Assembly: GCA_944393755.1 (NCBI GenBank)
Contig: CALYBF010000001.1
Coordinates: 1 to 55,038, forward strand
Source of the DNA: an uncultured Clostridia bacterium
GTDB taxonomy: Bacteria; Bacillota; Clostridia; TANB77; CAG-508
Reading direction: 5' to 3'
DNA: 55,038 nt
Below the pieces are notes generated by a model that saw only the letters and a program-made list of their open reading frames with translations, was not told the origin of the DNA and ran no database searches. Each line of letters starts with the position of its first letter. Positions within the stretch are counted from its first letter, which is position 1. A program made the translations under genes and the position numbers. Shown here piece after piece: positions 35,045-46,163 of the stretch.

Positions 35045-36426
35045 AAATCAATCACCTCTTCTGCTATTTTATAAAACTTCATACCATTTGATGCTTTAAA
35101 TAAAATAACATCATTATTTTTAACTATTTTTTCTAATAAAGGTTTTATCTCTTCTGTTTTTCTTAAATAATAAACCTTTTCTTTATTCGCACTTTCTCTT
35201 GCCACATCTGCTATATATCTCGCATTTTCGCCACAGGATATTAATATATCTATATTATTTTTTACAACCTCTTTACCTACTTTTTTGTGTAGTTCTTCTG
35301 AAAAATCTCCTAGTTCAAACATATCTCCTAGCACTGCTATTTTTCTTTCTTTAAATTCTGATAATACTTTTAATGATGCTGCCATTGACTCTAAACTTGC
35401 ATTATATGCATCATTTATTATTTTTATACCATTTTTTAGTTCTACTATATCCATCCTTTTTTTAGTAAGTTCAAAACTTTCTATTCCTTCTTTTATTTTA
35501 TCTTCTTCTATTTTTAAAACTTCTCCTACTGTTATTGCGCATAAAGCATTTAATATAAAATGTTCTCCACCTACTGGTACATTTATTTTTTCTTCTACAT
35601 TATTTATTTTACAAGTAAATGTACTTTTATTTTCTTCTAATTTAATTTCTTTTGCCATAATATCACTTTGTTCTTTAATTCCATAGGTTTTTATATTATA
35701 ATTTTCTTTATTTTCCTCATACCATTTATGTAATAAATCATTATCATTATTGATAATTACTGCTTCCTTTTTACTTCCTTCTAATATTTCTAATTTTGCT
35801 TTTAATATATTTTCTCTTGACCCTAAATTTCCTATATGTGATGTCCCTATATTTGTTATTATACAAATAGTTGGTTTTGCAATTGATGTAAGCAAAGATA
35901 TTTCTCCAAAATGGTTCATACCCATTTCTATAACAGCTACTTCTTCATCTTGTAATCTTAGTATTGTAAGTGGTAAGCCTATATTATTATTATTATTTCC
36001 TTCTGTTTTTAATGTTTTATATTTTTTAGATACTACATTTGCTACTATGTCTTTTGTACTTGTTTTTCCCACACTTCCTGTTATTGCAATTACTGGTATG
36101 TTATATAGACTTCTTTTATATCTTGCTATACTATACAAAGCTTCTAATGTGTCTTCTACTTTTATTATGTTTTTATCTGCCCATTTTTTTAATTTTTCGT
36201 CTTCGATTTGCACATTTTGTACTATAACTGTGGAAGCTCCATTTTCTAATGCTTTTTCCCAGAATAAATTTCCGTCAAAAGTTTCACCCTTTATTCCTAT
36301 ATAACAATCTCCTTCTTTTATTGTTCTTGTGTCTTTTGAATAACTCATGCAAACATATTCTTCATTTCCTACTAATAATTTTCCTTTTGTTGCTTCTATT
36401 ATATTTTTAATACTTAAATCTTTCAT
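35032..36426 (-). CDS. murF: UDP-N-acetylmuramoyl-tripeptide--D-alanyl-D-alanine ligase
   Basis: ITGSVGKTSTKD P-loop and Mur ligase middle and C domains. It overlaps ddl by 13 nt. Confidence 0.92.
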   Translation of the reverse strand: MKDLSIKNIIEATKGKLLVGNEEYVCMSYSKDTRTIKEGDCYIGIKGETFDGNLFWEKALENGASTVIVQNVQIEDEKLKKWADKNIIKVEDTLEALYSIARYKRSLYNIPVIAITGSVGKTSTKDIVANVVSKKYKTLKTEGNNNNNIGLPLTILRLQDEEVAVIEMGMNHFGEISLLTSIAKPTICIITNIGTSHIGNLGSRENILKAKLEILEGSKKEAVIINNDNDLLHKWYEENKENYNIKTYGIKEQSDIMAKEIKLEENKSTFTCKINNVEEKINVPVGGEHFILNALCAITVGEVLKIEEDKIKEGIESFELTKKRMDIVELKNGIKIINDAYNASLESMAASLKVLSEFKERKIAVLGDMFELGDFSEELHKKVGKEVVKNNIDILISCGENARYIADVARESANKEKVYYLRKTEEIKPLLEKIVKNNDVILFKASNGMKFYKIAEEVIDLWKK

Positions 36427-36613
36427 CTCTTCTCCTTTTCTTCTTTTGGTAAATTATATGTCTTTTTCTCTTCTTTTGCAACTAATTTTAAAATCATTTC
36501 ATAATTTTAATGTGTTTTATTTTTTCAGTTCATAGTTTAATTTAGCATTTTTACCACTTATATTATTATATTTTTTAATTAATTAAGAAAATTAAAAGAC
36601 CTAAATCGGTCTT

Positions 36614-37882
36614 TTAATCTTTTAAACATCCTATGGGAACTACTAATATTCCTTCTTCAGTAGTGTAAGCCATTTCTGTTCCTGTAATTACCATTAAAAA
36701 TTCTGGCTTGCCTAGTTTAGGTTCATTTTCTATTATCAGTTTTTGTAACTCTAATAAATGTTCTTCCGCTTCTTTTACTCTTGTTCCTCCTAACTTTGTT
36801 TCTATTAGTGCATATCTTCCATCGTCAAAATGCACAACATTATCACACTCCAAATTATATCTATCTCTATAATGTTTTAAAGTACCACCTATTGAACTAA
36901 CATATACACTTAAATCTCTATTTACTAAATTCTCAAATAAAAGCCCATATGTTTCAATATCAAGCATTATTTCTTTTGGAGAACATCCTAATGCTGCAAC
37001 TGCTAATGATGGATCTATCATACTTTTTTTATTTGCTGTTCTTATTGATGTTTTACTTCTAATATTAGGATTCCACGCTTCAATTGCATCTATTATATAT
37101 AATCTTTTTAAAATATTCATATAGTCCATTATGGTTCTATCACTAACATCTGAATAATTTGCTCTTACATCTGCAATTATTGACTGATTAGAACCTATTG
37201 TAGAAACTTGTCTTGCATATGCTTTTAATATAGCTCTCGCTAAACTAGGATTTCTTTTTACTCCATCTACTTTTGAAATGTCAGATTCGCATAATACATC
37301 TATATAATTTTTTGCTATTTGCAATGCTTGTTTTTCTGGTAAATTAATAGAACTTGGCCATCCTCCACGACAAAGCACGTGTGCAATTTTTTCATAGTCT
37401 AAATCTGTCCTTATTCCATCTATTTCTCTTTTTCCGTCTAATATATCTTTTAGAGAAATTTTCCCATTAGAATCTCCACTTTCGAATAATGTCATTGGTT
37501 TCATAGTTATAAAAGAAAATCTTCCTACGCCACTATGCATTGTATCATCTTCTTTTGGCGTTGCTGAACCTGTAAGAATATATTGATTGGTTTCTCCTAT
37601 ATTATCTATTGAATATCTAACTGCATTCCATAACTTTGGTACTATTTGCCACTCATCAATTAATCTTGGCTTTTCACCTTCCAGCAACAAAGATGGTCTC
37701 GTATTTGCAAGCTCTATATAATTCTCTTGTAAATCCGGGTTTTGCATTTCTAATACACTTTTTGCAACCTGTTTTGCACTAGTCGTTTTCCCACACCATT
37801 TCGGTCCTTTTATAACTACTGCACCTGATATAGATAATTTTTCTTTTATTTCTTTATCAACTATTCTTTTAATATATTTCAT
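36614..37882 (-). CDS. AAA+ ATPase with DUF4143-type C-terminal region, paralog 2
   Basis: KGPKWCGKTT Walker A, LIDEWQ Walker B, and C-terminal ECDNVVHFDDGRYALIETKLG (PD-(D/E)xK-like). It is collinear with 47606..48883. Confidence 0.7.
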   Translation of the reverse strand: MKYIKRIVDKEIKEKLSISGAVVIKGPKWCGKTTSAKQVAKSVLEMQNPDLQENYIELANTRPSLLLEGEKPRLIDEWQIVPKLWNAVRYSIDNIGETNQYILTGSATPKEDDTMHSGVGRFSFITMKPMTLFESGDSNGKISLKDILDGKREIDGIRTDLDYEKIAHVLCRGGWPSSINLPEKQALQIAKNYIDVLCESDISKVDGVKRNPSLARAILKAYARQVSTIGSNQSIIADVRANYSDVSDRTIMDYMNILKRLYIIDAIEAWNPNIRSKTSIRTANKKSMIDPSLAVAALGCSPKEIMLDIETYGLLFENLVNRDLSVYVSSIGGTLKHYRDRYNLECDNVVHFDDGRYALIETKLGGTRVKEAEEHLLELQKLIIENEPKLGKPEFLMVITGTEMAYTTEEGILVVPIGCLKD

Positions 37883-37920
37883 TTTCTCACCTCTATATTA
37901 TATATTATACACTTTTTAAA

Positions 37921-38031
37921 ATTTTATTTCAATATTTTGAGGTAATTTATTTCGTAATTTTGAGTCATTTTATTTCATATTTTTGCGGTATTTCATTTCC
38001 AACTTTTGCGGTAATTTCTTTTATATTTTTT
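37921..38031. repeat. array of 4-5 tandem ~23-nt repeats upstream of ATPase paralog 2
   Basis: ATTTTATTTCAATATTTTGAGGTA / ATTTATTTCGTAATTTTGAGTC / ATTTTATTTCATATTTTTGCGGT / ATTTCATTTCCAACTTTTGCGGTA / partial copy. Confidence 0.65.
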
Positions 38032-38150
38032 ATCCCCCTTTAATACTATAACTAATACTATTCTTTAATTTCCTCAGAAATTTTATCACATTTTATTTTT
38101 TATTTACTATTTTAAAAGCCTAGAGTTATTACTCTAAGCTTCTTATTTTC

Positions 38151-38315
38151 TTATTCTACTGTTCTATTTGCTATTTCAATTGCTTTTTTTACAATATTCC
38201 CACAGTCTTTAGATGAAACATTTGCCCAAGAACCACCGTCTTTTTTAACTGTGTCATATACTCCTAGTTCTTTTGCTATTTCTTCTCTTAAATTATTTGA
38301 TATTAACTTACTCAT
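38151..38315 (-). CDS. alpha/beta-type small acid-soluble spore protein
   Basis: MSKLISNNLREEIAKELGV...GNIVKKAIEIA carries both conserved SASP blocks. The ATG at 38315 follows a GGAGG SD. The longer track ORF (to 38369) lacks an RBS. Confidence 0.85.
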   Translation of the reverse strand: MSKLISNNLREEIAKELGVYDTVKKDGGSWANVSSKDCGNIVKKAIEIANRTVE

Positions 38316-38507
38316 AATATCCTCCTTGTAAATTTTCTTAAAATAGAAAATTTCATAAATTGGACTCATAAAACTTAAATAAAAGTTTTATAATTATAGT
38401 ATATACAATTTTTAAAAATTTATTTTGACAATTTTTTATATAAATATATATTTTTTTACAAAAAAATATGCTATAATTAAATAGATACTTAGCAAAGGGA
38501 GAGTTAA

Positions 38508-40109
38508 ATGAGCGTTAAAGAAGTTGAAAAAGAAATTAAAGAAGAAGTAAAGCAAGAAAATAAAAAATTAGAAAAAAATTTGAAAACCGAAGAAACTACA
38601 GCTATAGTAAAAAAAGATGAAAATAACGATGTTCTAAAATTTGAACCTTTAAAAAAAGAAAAGAAAAGTGTTTTATCAATTTTAGGTATTTTAGTTTTTA
38701 TTATTATAGCTATTTTTATTATTGCTTTTTTAATTTTTACAGGATACAATGCTTTAAACCAAAATATGGCATTTGGTGTACATATTAAAGGTATTGATGT
38801 TTCAAATATGAGTAAAGATGAAGCAAGAACTACTATTGAAAATTATATTAATCAATCTTTACCACAAGAAATAACTTTAAAACACGGTGATTATCAAGCA
38901 ACTATATCTCTAGAACAAATAGAAACTAGTTTTGATATAAAAGATGCCGTAAATAAAGCTTATAGTGTTGGTAGACAAGGAAATATTTTCCAAAATAATT
39001 TTTATGTTTTATCTTCTATGTTTGGAAATGTTAATATAGAACCAACTGTAAATCTTAATAGCGAGCAATTAACTGCAAATCTTAATGAAATCTCTTCACA
39101 ATTACCTGACAAAGTTATTGAAAGTAGTTATTATATAGAAGATAATAATTTAATAATAACAACAGGAAAAGAAGGTGTAGTTGTTGATATAGATGCTACT
39201 ATAAAAGCTATAAAAAATGGACTTTCTAATTTAGAAACTATAAACCAACCTATAGAAATTGTTGTGGCAAATAAAACACCTACTCCTATTGATATAGATA
39301 AAATACATACTGAAATATATAAAGAGCCAAAAGATGCATATTATACGCAAGATCCATTTTCTGTATATCCTTCTGAAAATGGTTTAGATTTTAATATATC
39401 AGTAGAAGAAGCCAAAGCTATGATTGCAAGTAATTCTTCTGAAGAATATACAATTCCATTAAAAACACTTTATCCAAATGTTACAACTAATATGATAGGA
39501 ACAGAAGCTTTTCCAGACTTACTTGCACAATTTTCAACATACTATTCTACACGTGATAAAGACAGAACTACTAATTTAAGATTAGCTGCAAATAAAGTAA
39601 ATGGTACTGTATTAATGCCTGGTGAGACTTTTTCATATAACAAAGTAGTAGGCGCTAGAACTATTGCTGCAGGTTATAAAGAAGCTCCAATATATGTAAG
39701 TGGAGAAGTTGTTGATGGTTTAGGTGGTGGTATTTGTCAAATATCTTCTACAATTTATAATGCTGTTATATACGCAAACCTTGATATTGTAGAAAGAACT
39801 AATCACCAATTTGTACCTTCATATGTAAAAGCAAGTAGAGATGCAACTGTTGTTTATGGTACACTTGATTTTCAATTTAAGAATAATAGAAATTACCCTA
39901 TAAAAATACTTTGTACCGTTTCTGGCGGAGTTGCAACTTGTCAAATTTTTGGTTTAAAACAAGATGACGACTACGAAGTTGAAATTTCAGCATATGAAAC
40001 TGGTAGAACTGCAAATTCAATTTATTCAGAAGCATATAAGATCTTAAAACGTAATGGGCAAGTAGTTGATAAAGTATTACTTTCAAGAGATACATATAAA
40101 AGACATTAA
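38508..40109 (+). CDS. VanW-family protein (membrane anchored, YoaR-like)
   Basis: N-terminal TM, and a C-terminal VanW core with GGGICQISSTIYNA and NHQF. Confidence 0.8.
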   Translation: MSVKEVEKEIKEEVKQENKKLEKNLKTEETTAIVKKDENNDVLKFEPLKKEKKSVLSILGILVFIIIAIFIIAFLIFTGYNALNQNMAFGVHIKGIDVSNMSKDEARTTIENYINQSLPQEITLKHGDYQATISLEQIETSFDIKDAVNKAYSVGRQGNIFQNNFYVLSSMFGNVNIEPTVNLNSEQLTANLNEISSQLPDKVIESSYYIEDNNLIITTGKEGVVVDIDATIKAIKNGLSNLETINQPIEIVVANKTPTPIDIDKIHTEIYKEPKDAYYTQDPFSVYPSENGLDFNISVEEAKAMIASNSSEEYTIPLKTLYPNVTTNMIGTEAFPDLLAQFSTYYSTRDKDRTTNLRLAANKVNGTVLMPGETFSYNKVVGARTIAAGYKEAPIYVSGEVVDGLGGGICQISSTIYNAVIYANLDIVERTNHQFVPSYVKASRDATVVYGTLDFQFKNNRNYPIKILCTVSGGVATCQIFGLKQDDDYEVEISAYETGRTANSIYSEAYKILKRNGQVVDKVLLSRDTYKRH

Positions 40110-40150
40110 ATTTTTAAATAGGATTCCTAAAATTGGAATCCTATTTTTAT

Positions 40151-41539
40151 TTACATAGCAAGTGTACCATTTGGTGTATTTGTAATTATTAAAATATCTT
40201 CTTCTCTACCATTTTCAGTATTTATATAAACTAAAAATTCTCTATCATCTACTTTACCTTTAAACTCATAACAAAGAATTTCAGACTTCCACTCTGTAGG
40301 AATAACAGCTAAACCACTTGATATTATTTCTAAATCAATATTTAAATCTTTTTTAGCCTCTTCTTCTGATATCTTTATATTACTAATATCTCTATTTTCT
40401 ACGTGATTATTTAGATATCCAGTTGTTTCTATACCTAAAATCTCACCATTATCTAATGCAACTTTTACTTTTATTAAATCTGGATACATTATTACATTAT
40501 CTTGCATATAAGCATAATTGATAGTTACAATCCCTTCTTGTTTTAAAAAGTAAGTTTCTTTCATATTAGGAAAACCTTTAGAAGTTAAAAAATCTTTCCC
40601 TTTTTGATTTGCTTCTTCTTGTGATATTATCTCTGTATTCACTTCTCTATTTGTATTCATATACACTATATGACCACCTTTTTTAGATACAGAAATATTA
40701 ATATTTAAATCTTCATTATTTGTTATAGAAAAATCGTAAGCTGGAATTGTAGCATTTTCTGAATAACCTAAATTATTAGTCTCTTTTATATTATTCTTAT
40801 CTACAAAGTTTTCTGCTATTTCTTTTGCTTTGTTTTCATCTATATCATCACCTGTTAAACCTTTAGGTTCACTACTTGTTAGATGTTCAGAATATGCTCC
40901 ATCATATATTAAACCAGCATATTCGTGGAAGTTTTCTTCTAGATTACTAAAACTTTCTTTAGAAATATTATCAACCTCTTGTGCAAAAGCCACAGTTCCT
41001 TTTTCCGTTAATTCTCCCCATTTAAACCTTCCGTTATTTAAATCTTCTGATAATTGATTTAATGTATTTTCTAAATCTACACTATATGTGTGTAATTCTT
41101 TTAAATTATTTAAGTCATCTTGTGTTAGCTTTTCATCATAAATATTTTTCCTAGATAAACTATAACTATAATCACTAACTTGGTTTAAAAACTTTTCAGT
41201 GCTTGCTAGCTCCTGGCTTTCTATTGGAAGTCTACTTAAATATGCCTGTGCCAAATTTGCTTCTCTCCACAAATTTGTTAAGGTTTCTGCACCGTGCTCT
41301 GGTGTTGATGAAATTAGAGATTTTGCAAGATAAGTTTCCACATTTTGTACATAATCTACTAATTCAAAAAACGCCATATTATAACTGTTTTCTGATGCTT
41401 GTCTATATTCTCGTTGTTTTTTATATAGAATTGCTCCTAATATACCAACAATAATTAGTAAAACACATATAACACTAAGCATATGTCCTTTTTTTAATCT
41501 ATTTTTCCAATCAACTAATATATTTTTCAAAATAATCAT
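40151..41539 (-). CDS. ypeB: germination protein YpeB
   Basis: N-terminal TM, the YpeB-type central region and C-terminal PepSY-like repeats. It lies immediately downstream of sleB. Confidence 0.8.
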   Translation of the reverse strand: MIILKNILVDWKNRLKKGHMLSVICVLLIIVGILGAILYKKQREYRQASENSYNMAFFELVDYVQNVETYLAKSLISSTPEHGAETLTNLWREANLAQAYLSRLPIESQELASTEKFLNQVSDYSYSLSRKNIYDEKLTQDDLNNLKELHTYSVDLENTLNQLSEDLNNGRFKWGELTEKGTVAFAQEVDNISKESFSNLEENFHEYAGLIYDGAYSEHLTSSEPKGLTGDDIDENKAKEIAENFVDKNNIKETNNLGYSENATIPAYDFSITNNEDLNINISVSKKGGHIVYMNTNREVNTEIISQEEANQKGKDFLTSKGFPNMKETYFLKQEGIVTINYAYMQDNVIMYPDLIKVKVALDNGEILGIETTGYLNNHVENRDISNIKISEEEAKKDLNIDLEIISSGLAVIPTEWKSEILCYEFKGKVDDREFLVYINTENGREEDILIITNTPNGTLAM

Positions 41540-41544
41540 CCTTT

Positions 41545-42021
41545 CTATTTACAAAATATATGCTTTCCTATAGTTTTAACTTGTGGTCTTGACCATATCC
41601 ATTTATTTGTAGCAGTATTTGGGTTAAAATAATATATACAACCACCTGTTGGGTCCCAACCGTTCATTGCGTCTTTTGCCGCTTTATATACAGTAGATCC
41701 TTCTTCTATAGGTACATTAATTTGTCCGTCAGATACTGCTGTAAAAGCTCCACTTTGATATATTACACCTGCTATAGTATTAGGAAACTGTGAGCTTTTA
41801 ACTCTATTTAAAATAACAGCCCCAACTGCAACCTGACCTTCGTATGGTTCACCTCTTGCTTCCCCATTTATTGCCCTTGCCATAAGTTGTATATCTGAAG
41901 TGTTGGACGTTGCTGCATAACTGATATTTTGGTTACTTATATCATTATCAAACACAACTATTGTTATAACCCCTAATATTAATATTGTAAATAAAATACA
42001 TATCTTAAATATACTTTTCAA
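41545..42021 (-). CDS. sleB: spore cortex-lytic enzyme SleB/CwlJ-family cell wall hydrolase
   Basis: The Hydrolase_2 core is LMARAINGEARGEPYEGQVAVGAVILNRV...FPNTIAGVIYQSGAFTAV. Confidence 0.8.
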   Translation of the reverse strand: MKSIFKICILFTILILGVITIVVFDNDISNQNISYAATSNTSDIQLMARAINGEARGEPYEGQVAVGAVILNRVKSSQFPNTIAGVIYQSGAFTAVSDGQINVPIEEGSTVYKAAKDAMNGWDPTGGCIYYFNPNTATNKWIWSRPQVKTIGKHIFCK

Positions 42022-42148
42022 AAAACCACCTTTTTCTTTTCCAATTTTTTATTATTTTGTATAAATTTCTTAAGATTTATTCTTTTTTTTGAAATTTTCC
42101 TTTGTATATGTTAAAATAACATCAACAAAATAAAAGGAGAAATTTTTT

Positions 42149-43279
42149 ATGAAAGTTTTAATTTTTTATGCCTCATATGGGGGTGGGCATTTAAATGCTG
42201 CTAAATCAATCGAAAATTGCATTAAAACTAATTATAAAGATATGGATGTAGAAATGATTGATTGTATGAAATATGTAAATAAAACTATCGAAAAAGTTAC
42301 AACTGCTGCATATAGAGAAATGGCAAAAAAAGCACCTTGGGCTTGGGGAAGAATTTATTCAGATGCCCAAAAAGGACCACTTGCTCATATTACAACTAGG
42401 TCTAATAAAATTATGGCAATTAAATTATTAAAATTACTTAGAGAAAAGAAACCTGACTTAATAATTTCTACACACCCATTTGGTAGCCAAATGTGTAGTT
42501 ATTTAAAGAGAAAAAACAAGATAAATTCTAAAATAGCAACTATAATGACAGACTTTGCACCACACGACCAATGGCTTGTAGGTCATGAATATACTGATTA
42601 CTTTTTTGTTGCACATAATAAAATGAAAGATTATCTAATTAATAAAGGAATATCTGAAAGCAAAGTTTTTGATACTGGAATACCTATTTCAGAAAATTTC
42701 CAAAAACAATATAATAAAAAAGAAATTTTTGATAAATATAATTTAGATGAAAGTAAATTCACTATTCTTTTCTTTGGTGGTGGAGAGTTTGGACTAGGTA
42801 AAACTAGAACTGTACAAATTTTTAATAATTTTGTAGAAGAAACTAAAAATAATAATATACAGATAATTGCTATTTCTGGGAAAAACCCTAGAATGAAATC
42901 AGCATTTGAAGAAGTTGTAAATTCTAATAATGCAGGAATTAATGTTAGAATAATAGAATTTTCAAATGAAGTACCAAAACTTATGGCAATTGCAAATTTA
43001 GTTGTAACCAAACCAGGTGGTCTTACTACTTCTGAGAGTTTAGCTTCTCATTTACCTATGGTTGTTATTAACCCTATACCAGGTCAAGAAGAAGAAAATG
43101 CTGAATTTCTAGAGAGTAAAAATATTGCTGTTTGGATAAAAAAATCTGATGATTCTAAAGAAATAATTGAAAGTCTTTTAAATAATAAAGAAAAAATTAG
43201 TATTATGAAAGAAAATACAAAAATACTTGCAAGACCTAATTCAACAAGAGATATTTGTGATGTCTTATTTAAAAGTTAA
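42149..43279 (+). CDS. MGDG-synthase-family glycosyltransferase (GT28; UgtP-like diacylglycerol glycosyltransferase)
   Basis: MKVLIFYASYGGGHLNAAKSI start, and C-terminal TKPGGLTTSESL and QEEENA motifs. Confidence 0.75.
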   Translation: MKVLIFYASYGGGHLNAAKSIENCIKTNYKDMDVEMIDCMKYVNKTIEKVTTAAYREMAKKAPWAWGRIYSDAQKGPLAHITTRSNKIMAIKLLKLLREKKPDLIISTHPFGSQMCSYLKRKNKINSKIATIMTDFAPHDQWLVGHEYTDYFFVAHNKMKDYLINKGISESKVFDTGIPISENFQKQYNKKEIFDKYNLDESKFTILFFGGGEFGLGKTRTVQIFNNFVEETKNNNIQIIAISGKNPRMKSAFEEVVNSNNAGINVRIIEFSNEVPKLMAIANLVVTKPGGLTTSESLASHLPMVVINPIPGQEEENAEFLESKNIAVWIKKSDDSKEIIESLLNNKEKISIMKENTKILARPNSTRDICDVLFKS

Positions 43280-43319
43280 TATAAAAAAGCCACACCTTAA
43301 TAAAATAAGATGTGGTTTT

Positions 43320-43919
43320 TTACATTTCTCTTCTTCCTTCTAGTGCTTTTGTAAGTGTTATTTCATCTGTATATTCTAAATCTCCACCTACTGGTATACC
43401 GTGAGCTATTCTTGTTACTTTTATTCCCAATGGTTTTATCAATTTTGATAAATACATCGCTGTTGCTTCACCTTCTACTCTTGGGTTTGTTGCAAGTATT
43501 ACTTCTTTTACTTCTCCCCCCATTAATCTTGAAAGTAATTCTTTTATTTTAATATCATCTGGACCAACACCGTTCATTGGTGATATTGAACCATGTAAAA
43601 CGTGATATACTCCTTTAAATTCGTGCGTTTTTTCCATTGCTACAATATCTCGTACATCTTCTACAACACATATAACACTCTGGTCTCTTTTAGGATTACC
43701 ACATATAGAACAAGGGTCTGTATCTGAAATATTGAAACATTTACTACAATATTTTAAATTTTTCTTAGCATTAATAATTGAAGAAACAAATTCATTTGTT
43801 TCTTCTTCAGAACAATTTAACATATAAAAAGCTAATCTTGCTGCTGTTTTATGTCCTATACTTGGTAATCTTTCAAAACTTTCTATTAATTTTTCTATTG
43901 ATGGCGAATATAATGACAT
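43320..43919 (-). CDS. recR: recombination protein RecR
   Basis: HhH region [14 protein letters not shown], Zn finger [16 protein letters not shown], and a Toprim domain. Confidence 0.95.
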   Translation of the reverse strand: MSLYSPSIEKLIESFERLPSIGHKTAARLAFYMLNCSEEETNEFVSSIINAKKNLKYCSKCFNISDTDPCSICGNPKRDQSVICVVEDVRDIVAMEKTHEFKGVYHVLHGSISPMNGVGPDDIKIKELLSRLMGGEVKEVILATNPRVEGEATAMYLSKLIKPLGIKVTRIAHGIPVGGDLEYTDEITLTKALEGRREM

Positions 43920-43941
43920 CCTTTATTCCTCCAGTTTTATT

Positions 43942-44289
43942 TTATAAACCTAAGCCTGGTATATTATATTTTCCAAGTGATTGTGCTTGTGCTGAGTCTA
44001 CTTGTCTTAAAGCTTCATTTACACAAGTTAAAATTAAATCTTCTAACATTTCTACATCATCTGGGTCTACCACTTCTGGTTTTATTTTTATTTCTTTTAT
44101 AGTTTTCTCTCCAGAAACTTTAACTGTTATTGCTCCACCACCACTTGATGTTTCAAACTCTTTAACTGCTAACTCTGCTTGTGATTTTTCCATATCTGCT
44201 TGCATCTTTTTTGCTTCTTTCATTAAATTTCCAAGGTTCATACCTCCAAAACCTCCCATACCTCCTGGGAAACCTCCTCTTTTTGACAT
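43942..44289 (-). CDS. ybaB: YbaB/EbfC nucleoid-associated protein
   Basis: [30 protein letters not shown] start. The ATG at 44289 follows AAGGAGGA. The track ORF start (44382) lies inside dnaX. Confidence 0.9.
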   Translation of the reverse strand: MSKRGGFPGGMGGFGGMNLGNLMKEAKKMQADMEKSQAELAVKEFETSSGGGAITVKVSGEKTIKEIKIKPEVVDPDDVEMLEDLILTCVNEALRQVDSAQAQSLGKYNIPGLGL

Positions 44290-44320
44290 TATAAATTCCT
44301 CCTTATTTTTTATTTTATAA

Positions 44321-45967
44321 TTAATCAATGACATTAAATGGTATGTCTGAATCATTTGCAAGTTTTTGTAAATTTTCTTCATTTGTTATATTATGAACAT
44401 TACTATTTCCAGAAATATATTTAATTTGCATAGGCTTTCCACAAGCCATAGATACTAGAGTTGAAATTTCTTTTATATTTTCTGGCTTTTCTAAAACAGT
44501 TCTATCAAAAGCGCTCATACCATTTGGAAATTCTATTCCTACAGTCATATCATTAATTTCGTTTGCTTTTGTTCCATTTAAACTGGTACATAATACTATC
44601 TTACCATTTTGTTTTAGCTCACCAACAATTTGTGGCCAATATTCTTCTGCTTTATTTGAAAAATTTCTTGTTGGCTTTTTCTCAGTAATATCTGTACTTG
44701 GCTCTTTTGAACTATTTGTAGTTTGATTATTTTGTACAACTCTATTTATTTGGTTATTTCTTTCAGTAATTACATTTTGTGTTCTATTTATTTGTGTATT
44801 ATTTACATTTATGCCTTTTCCTGATTTTAAATATTTTTCTATTCTTTCTACTCTTTCTTCTAAATCACCCGTAACTTCCGCTTCTTTATTACATAATTTA
44901 ATAATTCCAGCTTGAAATACAATAGTTTTTTGAGTAGACCATTTCACATCACTTTCTAGTTCTGATAATTTATATACAAGGTTTATTAATCTTTGCTTAT
45001 CTAATTTTTCTGACAATACTTCTATTTGTTTAATTTCTTCTTCTGTATATAACTCTAACTTTTTAGAAGTTTTAAAAACTAGAATATCTTTTACATATTT
45101 AATCATTTCCCATAACAGATTAGTAATGTCTCTTCCTTCATTTAATACTATATCTACACCTTCTAAAGCTTTATTTACATCATAATCTATTATACCTTCT
45201 ATAATATTATGTACATATGTTATTTTAGGAATTCCAACTAAATCTCTTATTTTATTTTCATCTATTTTATTTTCTCCATCTTGCACACATCTCTCTAAAA
45301 TAGATAATGCATCTCTCATTGCCCCTTCTGCTAAAACCGCAATCATTTGCATAGCTTCATCTGTTATTTCTATATTGCTTTCTTTGCAAACTATTTTTAA
45401 TCTTTTTATAATGTTTTCATTTGATATTCTTTTAAAATCAAATCTTTGACATCTTGATAAAATAGTTGCAGGCAATTTTTGTGGTTCTGTTGTTGCTAAA
45501 ATAAATTTAACATGTTCTGGTGGCTCTTCTAATGTTTTAAGCAAAGCATTAAAAGCTCCTGTTGATAACATATGAACCTCATCTATAATATATACTCTAT
45601 ATTTTGCTTTTGTTGGTAAAAAATTTACTTCTTCACGAATTGCTCTTATATCTTCAACACTATTATTAGAAGCCGCATCCATTTCAACAATATCTGTTAA
45701 AGAACCATTTATAGCACCTCTACATATTTCACACTCATTACAAGGCTCTCCGTCTTTAGGGTTCAAACAGTTAATCGCTCTTGCTAAAATCTTAGCAGCA
45801 GAAGTTTTACCTGTTCCTCTGCCACCATTAAATAAATATGCGTGTCCTACTCTATTTGCTATAATCTGATTTTTTAATGTTCTTGTTATGTGTTCTTGAC
45901 CAACTATTTCTGAAAATGTAAGTGGTCTAAATTTTCTATAAAGAGCTGTGTATGCCAATATTATCAC
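44321..45967 (-). CDS. dnaX: DNA polymerase III subunit gamma/tau
   Basis: [17 protein letters not shown] and a Zn module CNECEICRG. The real start is probably TTG 45958 ([12 protein letters not shown]), given SD spacing. Confidence 0.93.
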   Translation of the reverse strand: MIILAYTALYRKFRPLTFSEIVGQEHITRTLKNQIIANRVGHAYLFNGGRGTGKTSAAKILARAINCLNPKDGEPCNECEICRGAINGSLTDIVEMDAASNNSVEDIRAIREEVNFLPTKAKYRVYIIDEVHMLSTGAFNALLKTLEEPPEHVKFILATTEPQKLPATILSRCQRFDFKRISNENIIKRLKIVCKESNIEITDEAMQMIAVLAEGAMRDALSILERCVQDGENKIDENKIRDLVGIPKITYVHNIIEGIIDYDVNKALEGVDIVLNEGRDITNLLWEMIKYVKDILVFKTSKKLELYTEEEIKQIEVLSEKLDKQRLINLVYKLSELESDVKWSTQKTIVFQAGIIKLCNKEAEVTGDLEERVERIEKYLKSGKGINVNNTQINRTQNVITERNNQINRVVQNNQTTNSSKEPSTDITEKKPTRNFSNKAEEYWPQIVGELKQNGKIVLCTSLNGTKANEINDMTVGIEFPNGMSAFDRTVLEKPENIKEISTLVSMACGKPMQIKYISGNSNVHNITNEENLQKLANDSDIPFNVID

Positions 45968-45983
45968 ATCCTTTATTAAAAAA

Positions 45984-46123
45984 TGGTAGACACTCTTAAA
46001 TCTCTCTATGGAAAGTATGCCACATAAAGATTACTATTTATTGCTGCTTCCTTCCGGACCTGACAAGGTTCATAGGTCTTTATTGGATACTCTCCATACA
46101 AAGATTCAAGGTATATACCATAT
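45984..46123 (-). ncRNA. ffs: signal recognition particle RNA (ffs/scRNA)
   Basis: Minus sense contains the invariant GTCAGGTCCGGAAGGAAGCAGC domain IV. The 5' ATGGTATATACC... pairs with the 3' ...GTGTCTACCAT plus a U-run. Promoter TTGATA-17-TATAAT lies upstream. The position upstream of dnaX matches Bacillus. Ends are approximate. Confidence 0.85.
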
Positions 46124-46163
46124 GTATTATATACTGAATCTTATATTTTATCAAGTGTAATTT

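Noticed and set aside
38504-38749. 81-aa minus-strand ORF overlapping the start of the VanW-family gene.
   Set aside because: It is antisense to a well-supported gene, of low complexity, and has no RBS.
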